A program made the position numbers and the translations under genes. A DNA stretch of 64,000 bases from Limnothrix sp. BL-A-16 (lineage in GTDB: Bacteria; Cyanobacteriota; Cyanobacteriia; CACIAM-69d), in the NCBI GenBank assembly GCA_041937175.2, contig CP166615.1, forward strand, positions 3,872,001 through 3,936,000. Direction: 5' to 3'. Below are positions 19,990 to 30,485 of this stretch, piece by piece. Under the pieces are notes generated by a model. The model searched no databases and was not told the origin of the DNA. It saw only the letters and a list, made by a program, of their open reading frames with translations. Positions within the stretch are counted from its first letter, which is position 1; each line of letters starts with the position of its first letter.

Positions 19990-21138
19990 CTAGCGCACCA
20001 CCGCCTGCTGGCGATCGAGCTGAATCAAGGTTTGGTTACCCCGCATCAGTCGATAGGAAGCGGTCCAAGTGCCTGGCATCAGGGGCGATCGGCGAGTGCC
20101 CTTGCCCACGTAGGTAATCCACTGTTTGTGATCTTGGTCGATCGGCCGTTGATAGTCCGTGACGATCGACCCATCGGGGGCCAACAGCTTGAAATATTCC
20201 ACATCCCCCTTTTGCACCCCAAAGGCATGAACCCAAAAGGTGAGCGCCTCCGCCTGGCCGGGAATCTGGTTGCTTTGGAACTCGCCGCGCCACAGCTCAT
20301 CCTCCACCGGTTGCTTGGGGGCAAAGCCGCTGCGAATTAGCCCCGTGGCCACATAGTTGCGTGCCCCGTCATTCCAAACCGTGTTGGAGTTGTTGCCCGT
20401 TGCGCAGCCCGCAATCCGATCGCCCCCCAACAGCGGATCCACTTCCTTGCCATCCTTGCGCACTGTCACATGCACATGGGGAAAGGTGGTCATGCCCGAC
20501 AGACCCACCAGACCCAGGGGATTGCCCGCTTGGACCCGATCGCCAATTTTGACCCGCACGCTGCCCTGTTTCATGTGGCAATACTGGGTTTGCCAGCCGT
20601 TGCCATGGTCCAGCATTACGCCGTTGCCGCACTCAATGCCCGCCACGGTCGATCGCGCTTCCGGGGAAGTGAGCCGCCGATCGGGCACACCATCCCGCAT
20701 GGCCGACACCGTGCCCGCCGCCGTGGCCACCACCGGCACAGCCGTTTGCGGAGTCCAGAAGGGAATTGCAAAATCCGTGCCGTTGTGGCCGTCATAGGTC
20801 AAGTGCCGACACATGGAATCCCGCTCGCCCGTGCTGGGGTCGTGGTCGGGATAGAGCATCACAAAGCAATCTTTGCCCAGTTGGCAATCGATCGGGCGGC
20901 GCAACAGGGCGGTGGCCGTTCTCTGGGCCAAGCGGTCATCGATCGGGCGCTCCGGAGCCGGAATGCTGATGACACCGCCGGCCGGCGCGATCGCGGACGC
21001 GTCGGCCGCTTGGGCCAGAGCAGGAGAATCTGAAGGGGCCGATTGCCCGATCGGGCCCTTCAGACCCACCCAAGTCAACCCCGCGCCGATCAAGATCAAG
21101 GAGCCGATCCTTAGGGGCCATGCAAACATGTCACTCAC
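19990..21138 (-). CDS. M23-family metallopeptidase, exported
   Basis: HNGTDFA (HxxxD), YCHMK, PHVH (HxH); N-terminal hydrophobic segment. Confidence 0.9.
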   Translation of the reverse strand: MSDMFAWPLRIGSLILIGAGLTWVGLKGPIGQSAPSDSPALAQAADASAIAPAGGVISIPAPERPIDDRLAQRTATALLRRPIDCQLGKDCFVMLYPDHDPSTGERDSMCRHLTYDGHNGTDFAIPFWTPQTAVPVVATAAGTVSAMRDGVPDRRLTSPEARSTVAGIECGNGVMLDHGNGWQTQYCHMKQGSVRVKIGDRVQAGNPLGLVGLSGMTTFPHVHVTVRKDGKEVDPLLGGDRIAGCATGNNSNTVWNDGARNYVATGLIRSGFAPKQPVEDELWRGEFQSNQIPGQAEALTFWVHAFGVQKGDVEYFKLLAPDGSIVTDYQRPIDQDHKQWITYVGKGTRRSPLMPGTWTASYRLMRGNQTLIQLDRQQAVVR

Positions 21139-21362
21139 CGTTATTTTTCAGAGAAATCAGAGTCGATCGCCAAAAAGCTGCCTTGCCCTAACCTTCCAAG
21201 GATGCGGTTGCCATCAGGAGACCACTCCATAGACCCGACAAAAATAGACCCGACCAAGACTGAGATGGCGATTCCTCAGACTTAGACCCCCCATGGCCCA
21301 TTTTGGTTGCAACTTTTCGGCCGGTTGCTGGTTCAGTCTGTCTTGCTTCTGCTTTGTGAATC

Positions 21363-21490
21363 CTAAGCCTTGTGCCAAACACCAATAGTTGTGGGGGCAA
21401 GGGGCTTAAGCCCCTTGTCTACGTCGATCAGTGGAGCGGACAGAGTCGCAATTTTGGCTTTTCAGACATCCTCTAAGCCTTGTGCCAAAC
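21363..21490. repeat. REP-like palindrome (21398-21417) bracketed by an 18-bp direct repeat CTAAGCCTTGTGCCAAAC
   Basis: Direct repeat at 21363-21380 and 21473-21490. Confidence 0.85.
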
Positions 21491-21633
21491 GGGCGATCGA
21501 ACAAGGTAACCGCCTGACCCCCCATCCCAAACCGGTTCGTTCTCGGGTTTGAGACTTCAGGCGGTTCCGTGATCATCCCATCCTATTCAGGATTCGTCAT
21601 GATTTGTGAGCTTCTGGCAAGTCCCGGAATGCT

Positions 21634-22473
21634 TCAGTTGGGCTTGCAATAATCCCCCGTGGGCACGGCCCGCTCGATCGTGTAGGCCGCACCGGGCACG
21701 AGGATGAATTCACTGGCTCCCACTTCACTGTTAGGGTTGCCCCAATCGTAGGTGTAGCCCAAGCCGGTGAAGGGTTGCAGATTGGTGCGAATGCTGCGGT
21801 AATACAGCCCCTTAAAGAAGGTTTGATAGTTGGCGATGCCCGATCGGGGGGTGATGCCCGCCACCTTGGGCAAGTCCGCCGCCAGGGATTGGGGAAAATC
21901 CGCTTGGCACTGGCGATCGCTCACTTCCGGATCCGCACAGGGGCGAAACAAATCCCGCGCATCCACCCACATTTCCACAAACACGTCATAGTTCCAGGCC
22001 GGATCCAAGCCCAAATATTGCTGGAGTCGCAGTTTTAAATCCGCTTCGGTGGCGTTGGGATTCTGTTGGCGATATTGCCGACAAAGCTGTTGCACCTGGG
22101 GAGCCGCCGTGACCCAAATCAGTTGGTTTTCGTTGCTGGAACTGTTGGTGGCGGGTTTGATGAAGCGATCGAACGAGCTTTGGCTCTTCCAGGTCACCAT
22201 CAACAATCGCTGGCGATCGGGATGCCAAACCAAATTCGGATTATCCGGCGTGAGGGGAATCAGATCCGCCACCTGCTCGGTGGGTTCCGCCACCGCCGCA
22301 TCCCGAATCGCTTCGTTGTAGCGCTCCTTAGGGGATGGGTTCGCCTGCACCGCATTGGGGCCGATCGACAATGTGCAAACTAAACCCAGTGCTGCCCCAA
22401 GGACGCGCCGAGAAATTTGAGAGATTGAAACAGTCGAAAACATGGCTGTCAGGGGGTCTTCAACCTTGGTCAA
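21634..22473 (-). CDS. Exported hypothetical protein
   Basis: Signal peptide ending AVQA; LQQYLGL, LFRPCADP, PFTGLGYTYDWG...GASEFIL. Confidence 0.8.
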   Translation of the reverse strand: MTKVEDPLTAMFSTVSISQISRRVLGAALGLVCTLSIGPNAVQANPSPKERYNEAIRDAAVAEPTEQVADLIPLTPDNPNLVWHPDRQRLLMVTWKSQSSFDRFIKPATNSSSNENQLIWVTAAPQVQQLCRQYRQQNPNATEADLKLRLQQYLGLDPAWNYDVFVEMWVDARDLFRPCADPEVSDRQCQADFPQSLAADLPKVAGITPRSGIANYQTFFKGLYYRSIRTNLQPFTGLGYTYDWGNPNSEVGASEFILVPGAAYTIERAVPTGDYCKPN

Positions 22474-22678
22474 TCGCCATCCTAACCAGACTCCTGGGGA
22501 TTGAGGGCTGGGGGTAAAGGCATTGAATCAATCGTTGAATGCAGAGCAATCACCCGATCGCCCCAATTTCTGAGGATTTTGCGAATTCTATAGATTTGTT
22601 GGTTGGATTAGATTTGTTGCAATTTACCTTGACCCTCGTTCACCAGAATTGACAAAAACCTTAGAACATTCGTGGTAA

Positions 22679-22698
22679 CAAAAGGTTTAAACCCCTTG
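22679..22698. repeat. Degenerate REP-like palindrome
   Basis: CAAAAGGTTTAAACCCCTTG, with the same TCGTGGTAA left flank as copy 3. Confidence 0.7.
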
Positions 22699-22829
22699 TT
22701 CAAGATTGGGCGCTGATTAGCTGAATCATTGGCTGAATCATTCGCGGCTATCCATTTTGGACATTGGGCATGGTTTGGCCCCGCTGTTCTGCGTTGGGAG
22801 CAGCGTGGCTATTTTTAGGAACTTTGTGG

Positions 22830-23174
22830 ATGACTACGCCTACCTGCCGCCTCAATTTAGAAACTGGCTCCGTTGCTTTTGGGTATGCACCCGCTGCGGC
22901 CCGGCAATTACAAACGGAATTGAAAGGGTTGATTGATCGAATCAAGGCCGCCACCCAGGTGACTCCCGGCGATCGCCCCACGCCCCAAGCCAATTTGGAC
23001 TATCAACATGCGGGAGAGGTGTTTTTGGAGGTGTTTTGTAACCCCAATATTTGGCCATCACCCTTTGCGGCGAAAGTGCTGTTGACCGTGCGGGACGATC
23101 GCATTCGGCTCAGTTTGGAAACGGCGCTCGATCGCCTGATGTCTGACCTAAATGATTACCTAGAGCAGGTTTAA
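22830..23174 (+). CDS. Conserved cyanobacterial hypothetical protein
   Basis: FLEVFCNPNIWPSPFAAKVLLTVRDDRIRL; AGGA upstream of the ATG. Confidence 0.8.
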   Translation: MTTPTCRLNLETGSVAFGYAPAAARQLQTELKGLIDRIKAATQVTPGDRPTPQANLDYQHAGEVFLEVFCNPNIWPSPFAAKVLLTVRDDRIRLSLETALDRLMSDLNDYLEQV

Positions 23175-23194
23175 GGTTGGTTGTCATTGCTTAA

Positions 23195-23285
23195 CCCTCA
23201 TCGTTGTAACAAGGGGCTTAAGCCCCTTGTCCCCCACGATCTGGCAACGGTGGAATCAAGGTTTCAGGCGATTTGGTGATCGGTC
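23195..23285 (-). mobile_element. Palindrome-containing mini-element, inverted partial copy (palindrome 23210-23229)
   Basis: Reverse complement reads AATCGCCTGAAACCTTGATTCCACCGTTG...GTGGGGGACAAGGGGCTTAAGCCCCTTG, matching the copies at 28.4 and 31.4 kb. Confidence 0.75.
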
Positions 23286-24377
23286 TTAGGGCGCGTTCAC
23301 CTGTTCGACTGGCTTTTCGACTGGCGGTGGAAAGGGTTGCTGCACAAATTCCATCAGAATATCCGTGCAGCGGGCGATCGCCTTCAGGTGGGCAATCTCG
23401 TAACCGTGGGTGTTTTGGGTGGGAAAGCCCAAGCAGGCGGCCCGGGGCACATGGCCAAATTTCATGGCGATCGAACCATCGCTGCCAAATCCGCTGATCA
23501 CGGCGTATTGAATGGGTAAGTGCAATCGCTCGGCCGCCGCCTGTAGCGCCCGGTTCAGATCTTCGTCATACAGCCCATAGGCATCCTGGGACAGCAACAC
23601 CGGCACGGGCCCCGGGGCGATCGGGTATTCCGGGGCGATCGGGGCAATTTCCAACGCAATCAGGGCCGCCAGCTTCTGTTGTTGCGCAAAGTACATGGCT
23701 CCCAAGGCTCCCACCTCTTCCTTGGCGGAGGCAACCAAATATAGATCCATGGCCGGCGGTTCCTGGGCCAATAGCCGTGCTGCCAAGTCCAGCAAAATCG
23801 CTACGGAAGCCTTGTTATCGAGGGTGTAGCTGGCGATTTGGTTCGGGCCCAGGCGCAACGGTTGCTTGCGGTGTTTGCTCACCACGGCGCGGCTGCCGGG
23901 CCGAATGCCCGCTGCGGCCAACTCAGCAGGGATCCGACCCGTTTCTACCCAAGCCCGCTCCCAGGTCAGGGGCTGGTTTTCCTGCAAATTTCGCTGGGGG
24001 GACTCGTGGGACACATGGCGCGATCCAAAACTGAGCACGCCGGTAATGGTTTGGCGATCGCCCAACAGATCGATCGCCCCTTCGCCATAGACCCAAGGGA
24101 AAGCCCCGCCCAGCTTGCGCAACTGCACCCGCCCATCGGACTCAACGCCTTTGACGATCGCGCCGATCTCATCCTTGTGGGCCGTGATGGCGATCGGCTT
24201 GGCGGTGCGATCGCGCCCGGGAATCACAAAAATCAAATTACCGGCCTCGTCTTGATTCCAGGTCAACCCCAGCGCCTCGGCACGGGCGATTAACCAGCGA
24301 TCGACCTCCTGTTCGGCCCCGCTGGGCGAATGACACATCACTAGGGCGCTGATGGTTGCAAAAAGTTCGTCATACAT
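23286..24377 (-). CDS. M42-family metallopeptidase
   Basis: SPSGAE, AHKDEIG, LDNK, EEVG, THGYE. Confidence 0.9.
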   Translation of the reverse strand: MYDELFATISALVMCHSPSGAEQEVDRWLIARAEALGLTWNQDEAGNLIFVIPGRDRTAKPIAITAHKDEIGAIVKGVESDGRVQLRKLGGAFPWVYGEGAIDLLGDRQTITGVLSFGSRHVSHESPQRNLQENQPLTWERAWVETGRIPAELAAAGIRPGSRAVVSKHRKQPLRLGPNQIASYTLDNKASVAILLDLAARLLAQEPPAMDLYLVASAKEEVGALGAMYFAQQQKLAALIALEIAPIAPEYPIAPGPVPVLLSQDAYGLYDEDLNRALQAAAERLHLPIQYAVISGFGSDGSIAMKFGHVPRAACLGFPTQNTHGYEIAHLKAIARCTDILMEFVQQPFPPPVEKPVEQVNAP

Positions 24378-24556
24378 GGCGAGATCACGGGGCTGGGATG
24401 GTGGGGGAACTGGGTGGCAAGGTCTCGATCGCGATCGAAAATCCAAGAATCCAAACTATTCCTTCAAGGTTTGATTGAACAAAATTCGCCTTGATCAAGA
24501 CTTGACTTGCAGAACTTTTTTGACTCGCAGAACCTTAATGATTGACTTGCAGAATT

Positions 24557-26182
24557 TTAACGATCGCCCTCCGTGGCCCGACGCGCCTGTTCCCAGGCAA
24601 TCCAAGCCGCTCGGTGAATATCCAGCCAAGAAATGGCCCGATCGCGTGCCAACGCGGCCACATCCTCAAACTCTGGGTGAACATTCTGAACAGTCTTGCG
24701 GGTTTCGTCTTGCCAAGCCACCTTCACCCGCACGGGGCCATAGTCCGTGTCCACCACTTCCAAATGGCGCGGCAAAACACGGCGCTGTTGAAACGATCGA
24801 CGAATCCCGATCGTGGTGGTTTCCTGAAACAACACATCCTCACAGGCAGTGAACCGATCCAGGGGCGTAATCACCGTGATGGCCACGCCGGCCCGCGATT
24901 TTTTCATGGTCACCGGCTGCACAAAGGCATCCAGGGCCCCCACCTGCAACAACCGCTCGATCGCATAGGCGATCGCCTGGGGGCTGCAATCATCAATTTG
25001 GGTTTCCAACACCGCCACCGTTTCCAGGTCAGGATCATGGGGGCTGGCTAGGCTCTCTGGCCCCGGCAAAGCTGGGCCGGATTGACCCGGCAAAAACTGC
25101 CCTGATGTCAATGGCTGACCAGCCCGGGGAGACCACTCGGGGCGATCGCCTGGAGCCGGAGACTGCGGGCCCCGATCGCTCCGGGGCAGGGGCAAAATCG
25201 GTGGGGGCAACGGGGCCGATCGCACCAACGGAGCCGCCAAACCGGCGGGCGCTGCCAATTCCCCCAACCACAGCCGCACGATGTTGGGCAACGGGAGCGA
25301 TCGCTGGCCCGCGCCCAACCCCACCCGCTGAAGGGTCATGGCCGGCGGCGACCCGAACCCCTGGGCCAGTCCCACGGCGATCGCGGCTCCCGTGGGGGTC
25401 ACCAATTCCCGATCGATTCCGTTGGCATAAACCGGCACTTGTCCCATTTCAAACAGCTTCAACACCGCCGGAACCGGCACGGGCAATCGCCCATGGGCCG
25501 CCCAAACCGTGCCGCCGCCCGTGGGCAAAGCGGAAAAGAAAACCTGCTCAACCCCCAACCAATCCAGCCCCAAACAGGTTCCCACCACATCCACGATCGC
25601 ATCGATCGCCCCCACCTCGTGGAACTGCACCTGTTCTGGCGCAATCCCATGCACCGCCCCTTCCGCTTGGGCCAACTGCCAAAAGATCGATCGACTCCAT
25701 TGCACCACCCGATCAGGTAGCGACGAACTCAGCAGCATCGCCTCAATGTCTGGCCAACGGCGGCTGTGGTGATGGGTGTGATGGTTGTGGGGATCGTGGT
25801 GATGATGATGATGCTCAGGGCTATGGTCGTGATCATCGTGTTTGTGCCCATGATGCTCGTGCCCATGATGCTCATGATGCTCATGCCCATGATTTCCCAG
25901 AGCCTCAGGTGAGCGGGCAGATGGTTCAGTCCCTTCCCCCGGCTTATCCATGGGATCTTCCACTTGAAATGAACCACCGGGCGATCGCCACTCCACGATC
26001 GCTTTCAAGGCTCGCTGACCGTTGTGGTGCTTGGTTTGGCTGCTGAGGCGATATTCCTCAGCAATTCCCAGGCGATCGAGCTGCGATCGCACATAATCCA
26101 AGGGCACACCCACATCCAGCAGCGCCCCCAAACACATATCCCCCGCCAGCCCCGTTGGGCAATCAAAATAGGCCACCTTCAT
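24557..26182 (-). CDS. larC: Nickel pincer cofactor biosynthesis protein LarC
   Basis: GLAGDMCLGAL, His-rich tract, FHEVGAIDAIVD, ELVTPTGAA, MKKSRAG, ETTTIGIR. Confidence 0.92.
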   Translation of the reverse strand: MKVAYFDCPTGLAGDMCLGALLDVGVPLDYVRSQLDRLGIAEEYRLSSQTKHHNGQRALKAIVEWRSPGGSFQVEDPMDKPGEGTEPSARSPEALGNHGHEHHEHHGHEHHGHKHDDHDHSPEHHHHHHDPHNHHTHHHSRRWPDIEAMLLSSSLPDRVVQWSRSIFWQLAQAEGAVHGIAPEQVQFHEVGAIDAIVDVVGTCLGLDWLGVEQVFFSALPTGGGTVWAAHGRLPVPVPAVLKLFEMGQVPVYANGIDRELVTPTGAAIAVGLAQGFGSPPAMTLQRVGLGAGQRSLPLPNIVRLWLGELAAPAGLAAPLVRSAPLPPPILPLPRSDRGPQSPAPGDRPEWSPRAGQPLTSGQFLPGQSGPALPGPESLASPHDPDLETVAVLETQIDDCSPQAIAYAIERLLQVGALDAFVQPVTMKKSRAGVAITVITPLDRFTACEDVLFQETTTIGIRRSFQQRRVLPRHLEVVDTDYGPVRVKVAWQDETRKTVQNVHPEFEDVAALARDRAISWLDIHRAAWIAWEQARRATEGDR

Positions 26183-26946
26183 TTGTTTTGCCCTCCGCCC
26201 AAGTCTGAAAAATCTATCCCGCCATCTTGCTGGCAAGCGCTTTGGCAATCCGTTTGGGAGCCGGTCGATCGTTGGTCTTGATGATCTGTTGATGAAATCT
26301 TGAGATCCGTTGGTTGGTTAATCGTTCAAGAACTGAGCGTGTTCGTGAATTTTGCGTGCCCGCGAATGCACTGATTATGAGTCAGCTTTGATCTGACCGT
26401 GTGGCCGCATCAGTGTGGCCGCATCAGTTCGATCGATGGGCCCCTTGGTTGTGTTGGGGTCAGTCCACGGGGGTTCATCATAGTTTTCTTCCGGCTCCTG
26501 GTGATTGAGGGTTAATCAACAGTGAACTCAATGCATCTAGAAAATTGCCACATTACACCCCGTATAAATACTGAGTTAAAAATGCACCAGTGTTTTCAAA
26601 AAATGTCGAAATGGTCTGAATTTTGGTCGATTTTGAGAGTGAAATTGCTGATCCCGATTCAGTGATGATTGATGCACCGTCAGGGCCAACAATGAGCCAC
26701 AATAAACAACAGATCATGCTACGGCGTGATTAGCCCCGATCGCCCCCCAATCCCAATTGATGAGCGGGCGATCGACCCGAAGACTTCTTGTCATCTCATC
26801 CCGAAGTCTTCTCGCGCCCTTTCCCAGGAAAATTTCCCCAGGGCGATCAATCACACCATCGCATTCTCTCAACGCCACTTCGGCCCAGTTGACCTCAACC
26901 ACCCAACTGGCTCAACGCACTCAAGGACATCGACGAGGAAACGACC

Positions 26947-28340
26947 ATGACGAATGCCTCCCGTCCCCCGGTTCCCCCGCCGCCGCCGCCACCACCGCCT
27001 CGGGTGGCCCCGCCGCCGCCGCCGCCGGTTGCTGGTCGTCCTCCGTCGCCTCCCCCGATCGGGAACAACGAGCAAACCCTCCCGATCAACATGGCTCCGC
27101 CGCGCGTGGCCCCACCGCCGCCCCCACGGCTCCGCCGCCGCCCATGGCCCCGCCGCCACCGGCCGCCAACACGGTCACCACCCCCGCGCCACCGTCCACC
27201 GTGGTACAGTCAGGGCCCCCCAGTGCTCCGGTGGCGGCCCAAGTGGCCCCGCCTCCTGTGAAGCGCAAGCCCTCCCCTGGTCAGCCGACCATGATTGACA
27301 TTGTGAAGCGGGCAGACGAAGAAGGCTGCTCCGACGTTCACTTGGGAGTGAATGAAGTGCCCCGCTTCCGCAAGCGCGGTGACATCGTGCCCCTGGACTA
27401 TCCCACCACCGACCTCGACACCTTCATGAGTTGGTTGGGAGAAATCATGAGCGAAGAAGATATCGCCTTCTTCCAAGAAAATTTGGACTATGACGGAGCT
27501 GCCGATCTGGGCTTCGTGCGGATTCGGATTAGCTGCTTTGATTCGTTGGCGGGCCCGGCCATGGTGTTGCGGCTGATTGGGGCCACCATTCTGAGCATGG
27601 AGCAGCTTAATTTGCCGCCCGTGTTCCGGGATGTTTGTCACTACCACAAGGGCTTGATTTTGGTGACAGGGCCCACGGGTTCCGGGAAATCCACCACCAT
27701 GGCCGCCATGTTCGACTACATCAACAAGAGCATGGCGAAGCACATCATCACGATCGAGGATCCGGTGGAGTTTGTGCATATCAGCCAGAAATCCCTGATC
27801 AAGCACCGGGAAGTGGGGCGGCACACGCGGCAATTTTTCAACGCCCTGAAGGGGGCCCTGCGCCAAGACCCGGACATCATGTTGGTGGGAGAAATTCGGG
27901 ACGCGGACACAATGAAAATCGCCCTGAAGGCGGCCTCAACGGGTCACTTGGTTTGCGGAACCCTGCACACCAACAGCGCCATCAAGACGATCGAGCGGGT
28001 GTTGGGGATGTTTCCCCCCAATGAGCACGCGGCCCTGCGGGTGAGCTTGGCCGAATCATTGGTGGCGATCATTGCCCAAGGGTTGTGCAAAACCACCGAT
28101 GGGAAACGAGCGGCCTACCACGACATCTTGATCGCCACCGATGCGATTAAGGAATACATCATCAAGGGCGAGATGGAGGAGATTAACCAGGTGATGCTGA
28201 AGTCAGAGTTTGACGGCATGATCACCATGAATAAGGCGCTGTTTAATCTTTACCAGGAGGGCCGCATCACGGAGGAAACGGCTCTGGAAAACTCGCCTAC
28301 GCCGAATGAAATGGCCCAATTCCTACGCGGTCGGGTGTAA
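26947..28340 (+). CDS. pilT: Type IV pilus ATPase PilT2-type with Pro-rich N-terminus; one-base frameshift near 27121-27125
   Basis: GPTGSGKST, TIEDPVE, LRQDPD, GEIRD, TLHTNSA. The SD-preceded ATG at 26947 is out of frame with the ATPase domain. Confidence 0.9.
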
Positions 28341-28354
28341 GTTGCGTTTGGGGG

Positions 28355-28374
28355 CAAGGGGCTGAAGCCCCTTG
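28355..28374. repeat. REP-like palindrome, one mismatch
   Basis: CAAGGGGCTGAAGCCCCTTG just after the pilT stop. Confidence 0.85.
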
Positions 28375-28382
28375 TCTCCGAT

Positions 28383-28531
28383 TGTCGTCAAAGCGCCTGA
28401 AACCCTGATTCCACCTTACTGACATCGTGAGGGGCAAGGGGCTTGAGCATCTTGTTACGACGACCGGGACGACGACTGAGACATGGAAAATCAATCGTTT
28501 CCGCCTGATCCTAGGAAATGACAACAGGCCC
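28383..28531 (+). mobile_element. About 150-bp palindrome-containing mini-element (MITE-like)
   Basis: TGTCGTC...CGCCTGAAACCCTGATTCCACC...degenerate palindrome...GATCCTAG...GACAACAGGCCC; colinear with 31363-31501. Confidence 0.75.
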
Positions 28532-28557
28532 GAAAGTCCCTTGTCTCCGATTCGGGC

Positions 28558-29472
28558 CTAGACGTTTTTCAGGGCTTCGGGTTGGTTTTGTAACCACCGA
28601 TCGACCCCGTGGCGTTGCAAGATAGTTTTGATTTCTTGGGCGATCGGGATGGGCTGTTCCACCATGCCCATATGTCCACAATCGGGAATTTCCCGCAGGT
28701 TTTCGCCCGACATGTCAAACAGCGGATGGAAGCTGGCCAAGTGGCGCACATAGCGCGGCTCCATCACGGAATCTTGGTTTCCGGCAATGAAGTAGGCCGG
28801 CTGGGTGAGCTGGGCCACCACCTGTGGCAAGCGATGAACTTCCGCTTCGGTGGTGGACTCCAACAGGGTCCAGAGGGCTGCCTCGGGATGGGCGGTCACA
28901 AAGTCGATTAGTCGTTGCCGACCCCATTGGCGGGCCACCGGGCGGGCCACGCTGTCGCGGCTGAAGACCCAATCAAGACCCGGAAAGGCCCGCAACCATT
29001 GGGGCCGAAATTGCACCAAGCGCTGGCCGACGGCCCGAAAGCGCTCAAATTCTTCTTTGAGATAAATGCCGCCACCGGAGTTGAGGCAAATGACCCCTTG
29101 AATCCGATCGGGAAACTTGTGGGCGCTCCACAGGGCGATCGCCCCGCCGAGGGAGTGACCCACAATCCAGGCGGTCTCAATCCCCAAATGCTCAAGCAGC
29201 CGATTTAAATCTTCGGCATAGGCTGCCGGGGCGTAGTTTTGGTAACGCTCGCGCGGCGTTGAAAATTGCTGGGGCTGGGTGGGTTGGGATGCCCCAAAAC
29301 CGCGCAGGTCATAGGACAAACAAGGGATATGGGGCTGGAATTGGTCAATGAGGGGCTGCCAATAGTGGCGGCTGAGCAGCCAACCATGGACAAAGACCAA
29401 AGCCCAGCGGGTGGGGCGATCGGGATCGAGCCGGTAACTGTGGGGAACGCCGCGAATGGTGATGGTTGCCAT
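28558..29472 (-). CDS. Alpha/beta hydrolase
   Basis: HGW, DLRGFG, GHSLGG nucleophile elbow, CGHMGM. Confidence 0.92.
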   Translation of the reverse strand: MATITIRGVPHSYRLDPDRPTRWALVFVHGWLLSRHYWQPLIDQFQPHIPCLSYDLRGFGASQPTQPQQFSTPRERYQNYAPAAYAEDLNRLLEHLGIETAWIVGHSLGGAIALWSAHKFPDRIQGVICLNSGGGIYLKEEFERFRAVGQRLVQFRPQWLRAFPGLDWVFSRDSVARPVARQWGRQRLIDFVTAHPEAALWTLLESTTEAEVHRLPQVVAQLTQPAYFIAGNQDSVMEPRYVRHLASFHPLFDMSGENLREIPDCGHMGMVEQPIPIAQEIKTILQRHGVDRWLQNQPEALKNV

Positions 29473-30178
29473 ACTCCGATCCTATCAGGAACAGCCCGAT
29501 CCCTGGATCGGTTTGGAAGCGCAAGGGAAGCGGTTCCCAAGCAAAAGACTGGAGAAGCTGAAACGGTCTGGTAGTCGTGGTTTTCAGGGTTTCAGCCTTT
29601 GACGGTTCCGGATTTTGGCTGCCCTGCCCGAAAGAAAAAAAGTTGCGATCGACCCCCACGGCCGCCAGCCCAGCGAGACGGTAAATCGAGGCTAATCGCC
29701 CGATCGCCCCTCGAAATTGGCTCCGAGCAGGGCGATCGATCCCGATCCACCTCGATTCGCTTCGATTTGCCTCGATCCACCGCGACCACGGCAATCAACG
29801 CAACAACAATCAACAAAACAGCGACGGGTCATCAGCAATGGCAACTGGCCACTGGCAACCGGCAATTAACAACTGCAAAAGCCAATCATCGCCGTAACGC
29901 ATTGGGGGAGTAATTCTCAGAAGTTCTGATCTGGCTTTGTTCTCTCAGAACTATCGCCCCAAAACCACACTCCACCACACCTAATTCAGAATTACTGGAT
30001 ACCAGGCTGAACTGGCTAAACGAACCGCAAACATGCTTTAGCTAATTCTGACTAATGCTGATTGGTGGAGGGTTGAAAATTCCGCTTTTGATGGAATCAA
30101 ATTCTCGGAAATTGCATAACAAAATCCTAGAAAGAAAACGGAATCAACCCCCCAATTACAGGCTTCATCAAACGATCC

Positions 30179-30406
30179 TTAGCTCGCAGGATTGGCGAAC
30201 ACATACCGCACAAAATCGCGGCGGCCGCTGCCCCGGTGCGAGTTCCGAGTGCGACGCACCACAGTGGGCGCAGCCTCTACGGACAGTTCTTGATGATTGG
30301 TCATTTGGGTTTCAGAAACCAAGGGAGTCATTGCGCCCGCCGGCAGCGATGGCGCAACCGCTAGGCACAAACCGAGCAGCATCGAAGCAGAAGGGAACAG
30401 GCGCAT
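30179..30406 (-). CDS. patX: PatX-like peptide with RGSGR motif
   Basis: 75 aa; hydrophobic signal-like N-terminus (SMLLGLCLAVAP) and C-terminal HRGSGRR. Confidence 0.75.
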   Translation of the reverse strand: MRLFPSASMLLGLCLAVAPSLPAGAMTPLVSETQMTNHQELSVEAAPTVVRRTRNSHRGSGRRDFVRYVFANPAS

Positions 30407-30485
30407 AGGAAGAAATCCATCTCGAACGTTGCTGCTCCTTCCTTCTGAAAAAAATCAACGAAATCAGGAAAACGAATCAACATTT

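Noticed and set aside
25105..26046. 313-aa plus-strand ORF
   Set aside because: Antisense shadow of larC in GC-rich sequence.
26399..26428. 14-bp tandem repeat GTGTGGCCGCATCA x2
   Set aside because: Simple local duplication with no other support.
26757..26946. ORF-track N-terminus of the 527-aa PilT
   Set aside because: Reads as an off-frame translation. The SD-preceded Pro-rich frame from 26947 fits better.
29835..29880. Heptamer run GGCAACT/GGCCACT/GGCAACC
   Set aside because: Typical cyanobacterial short tandem repeat.
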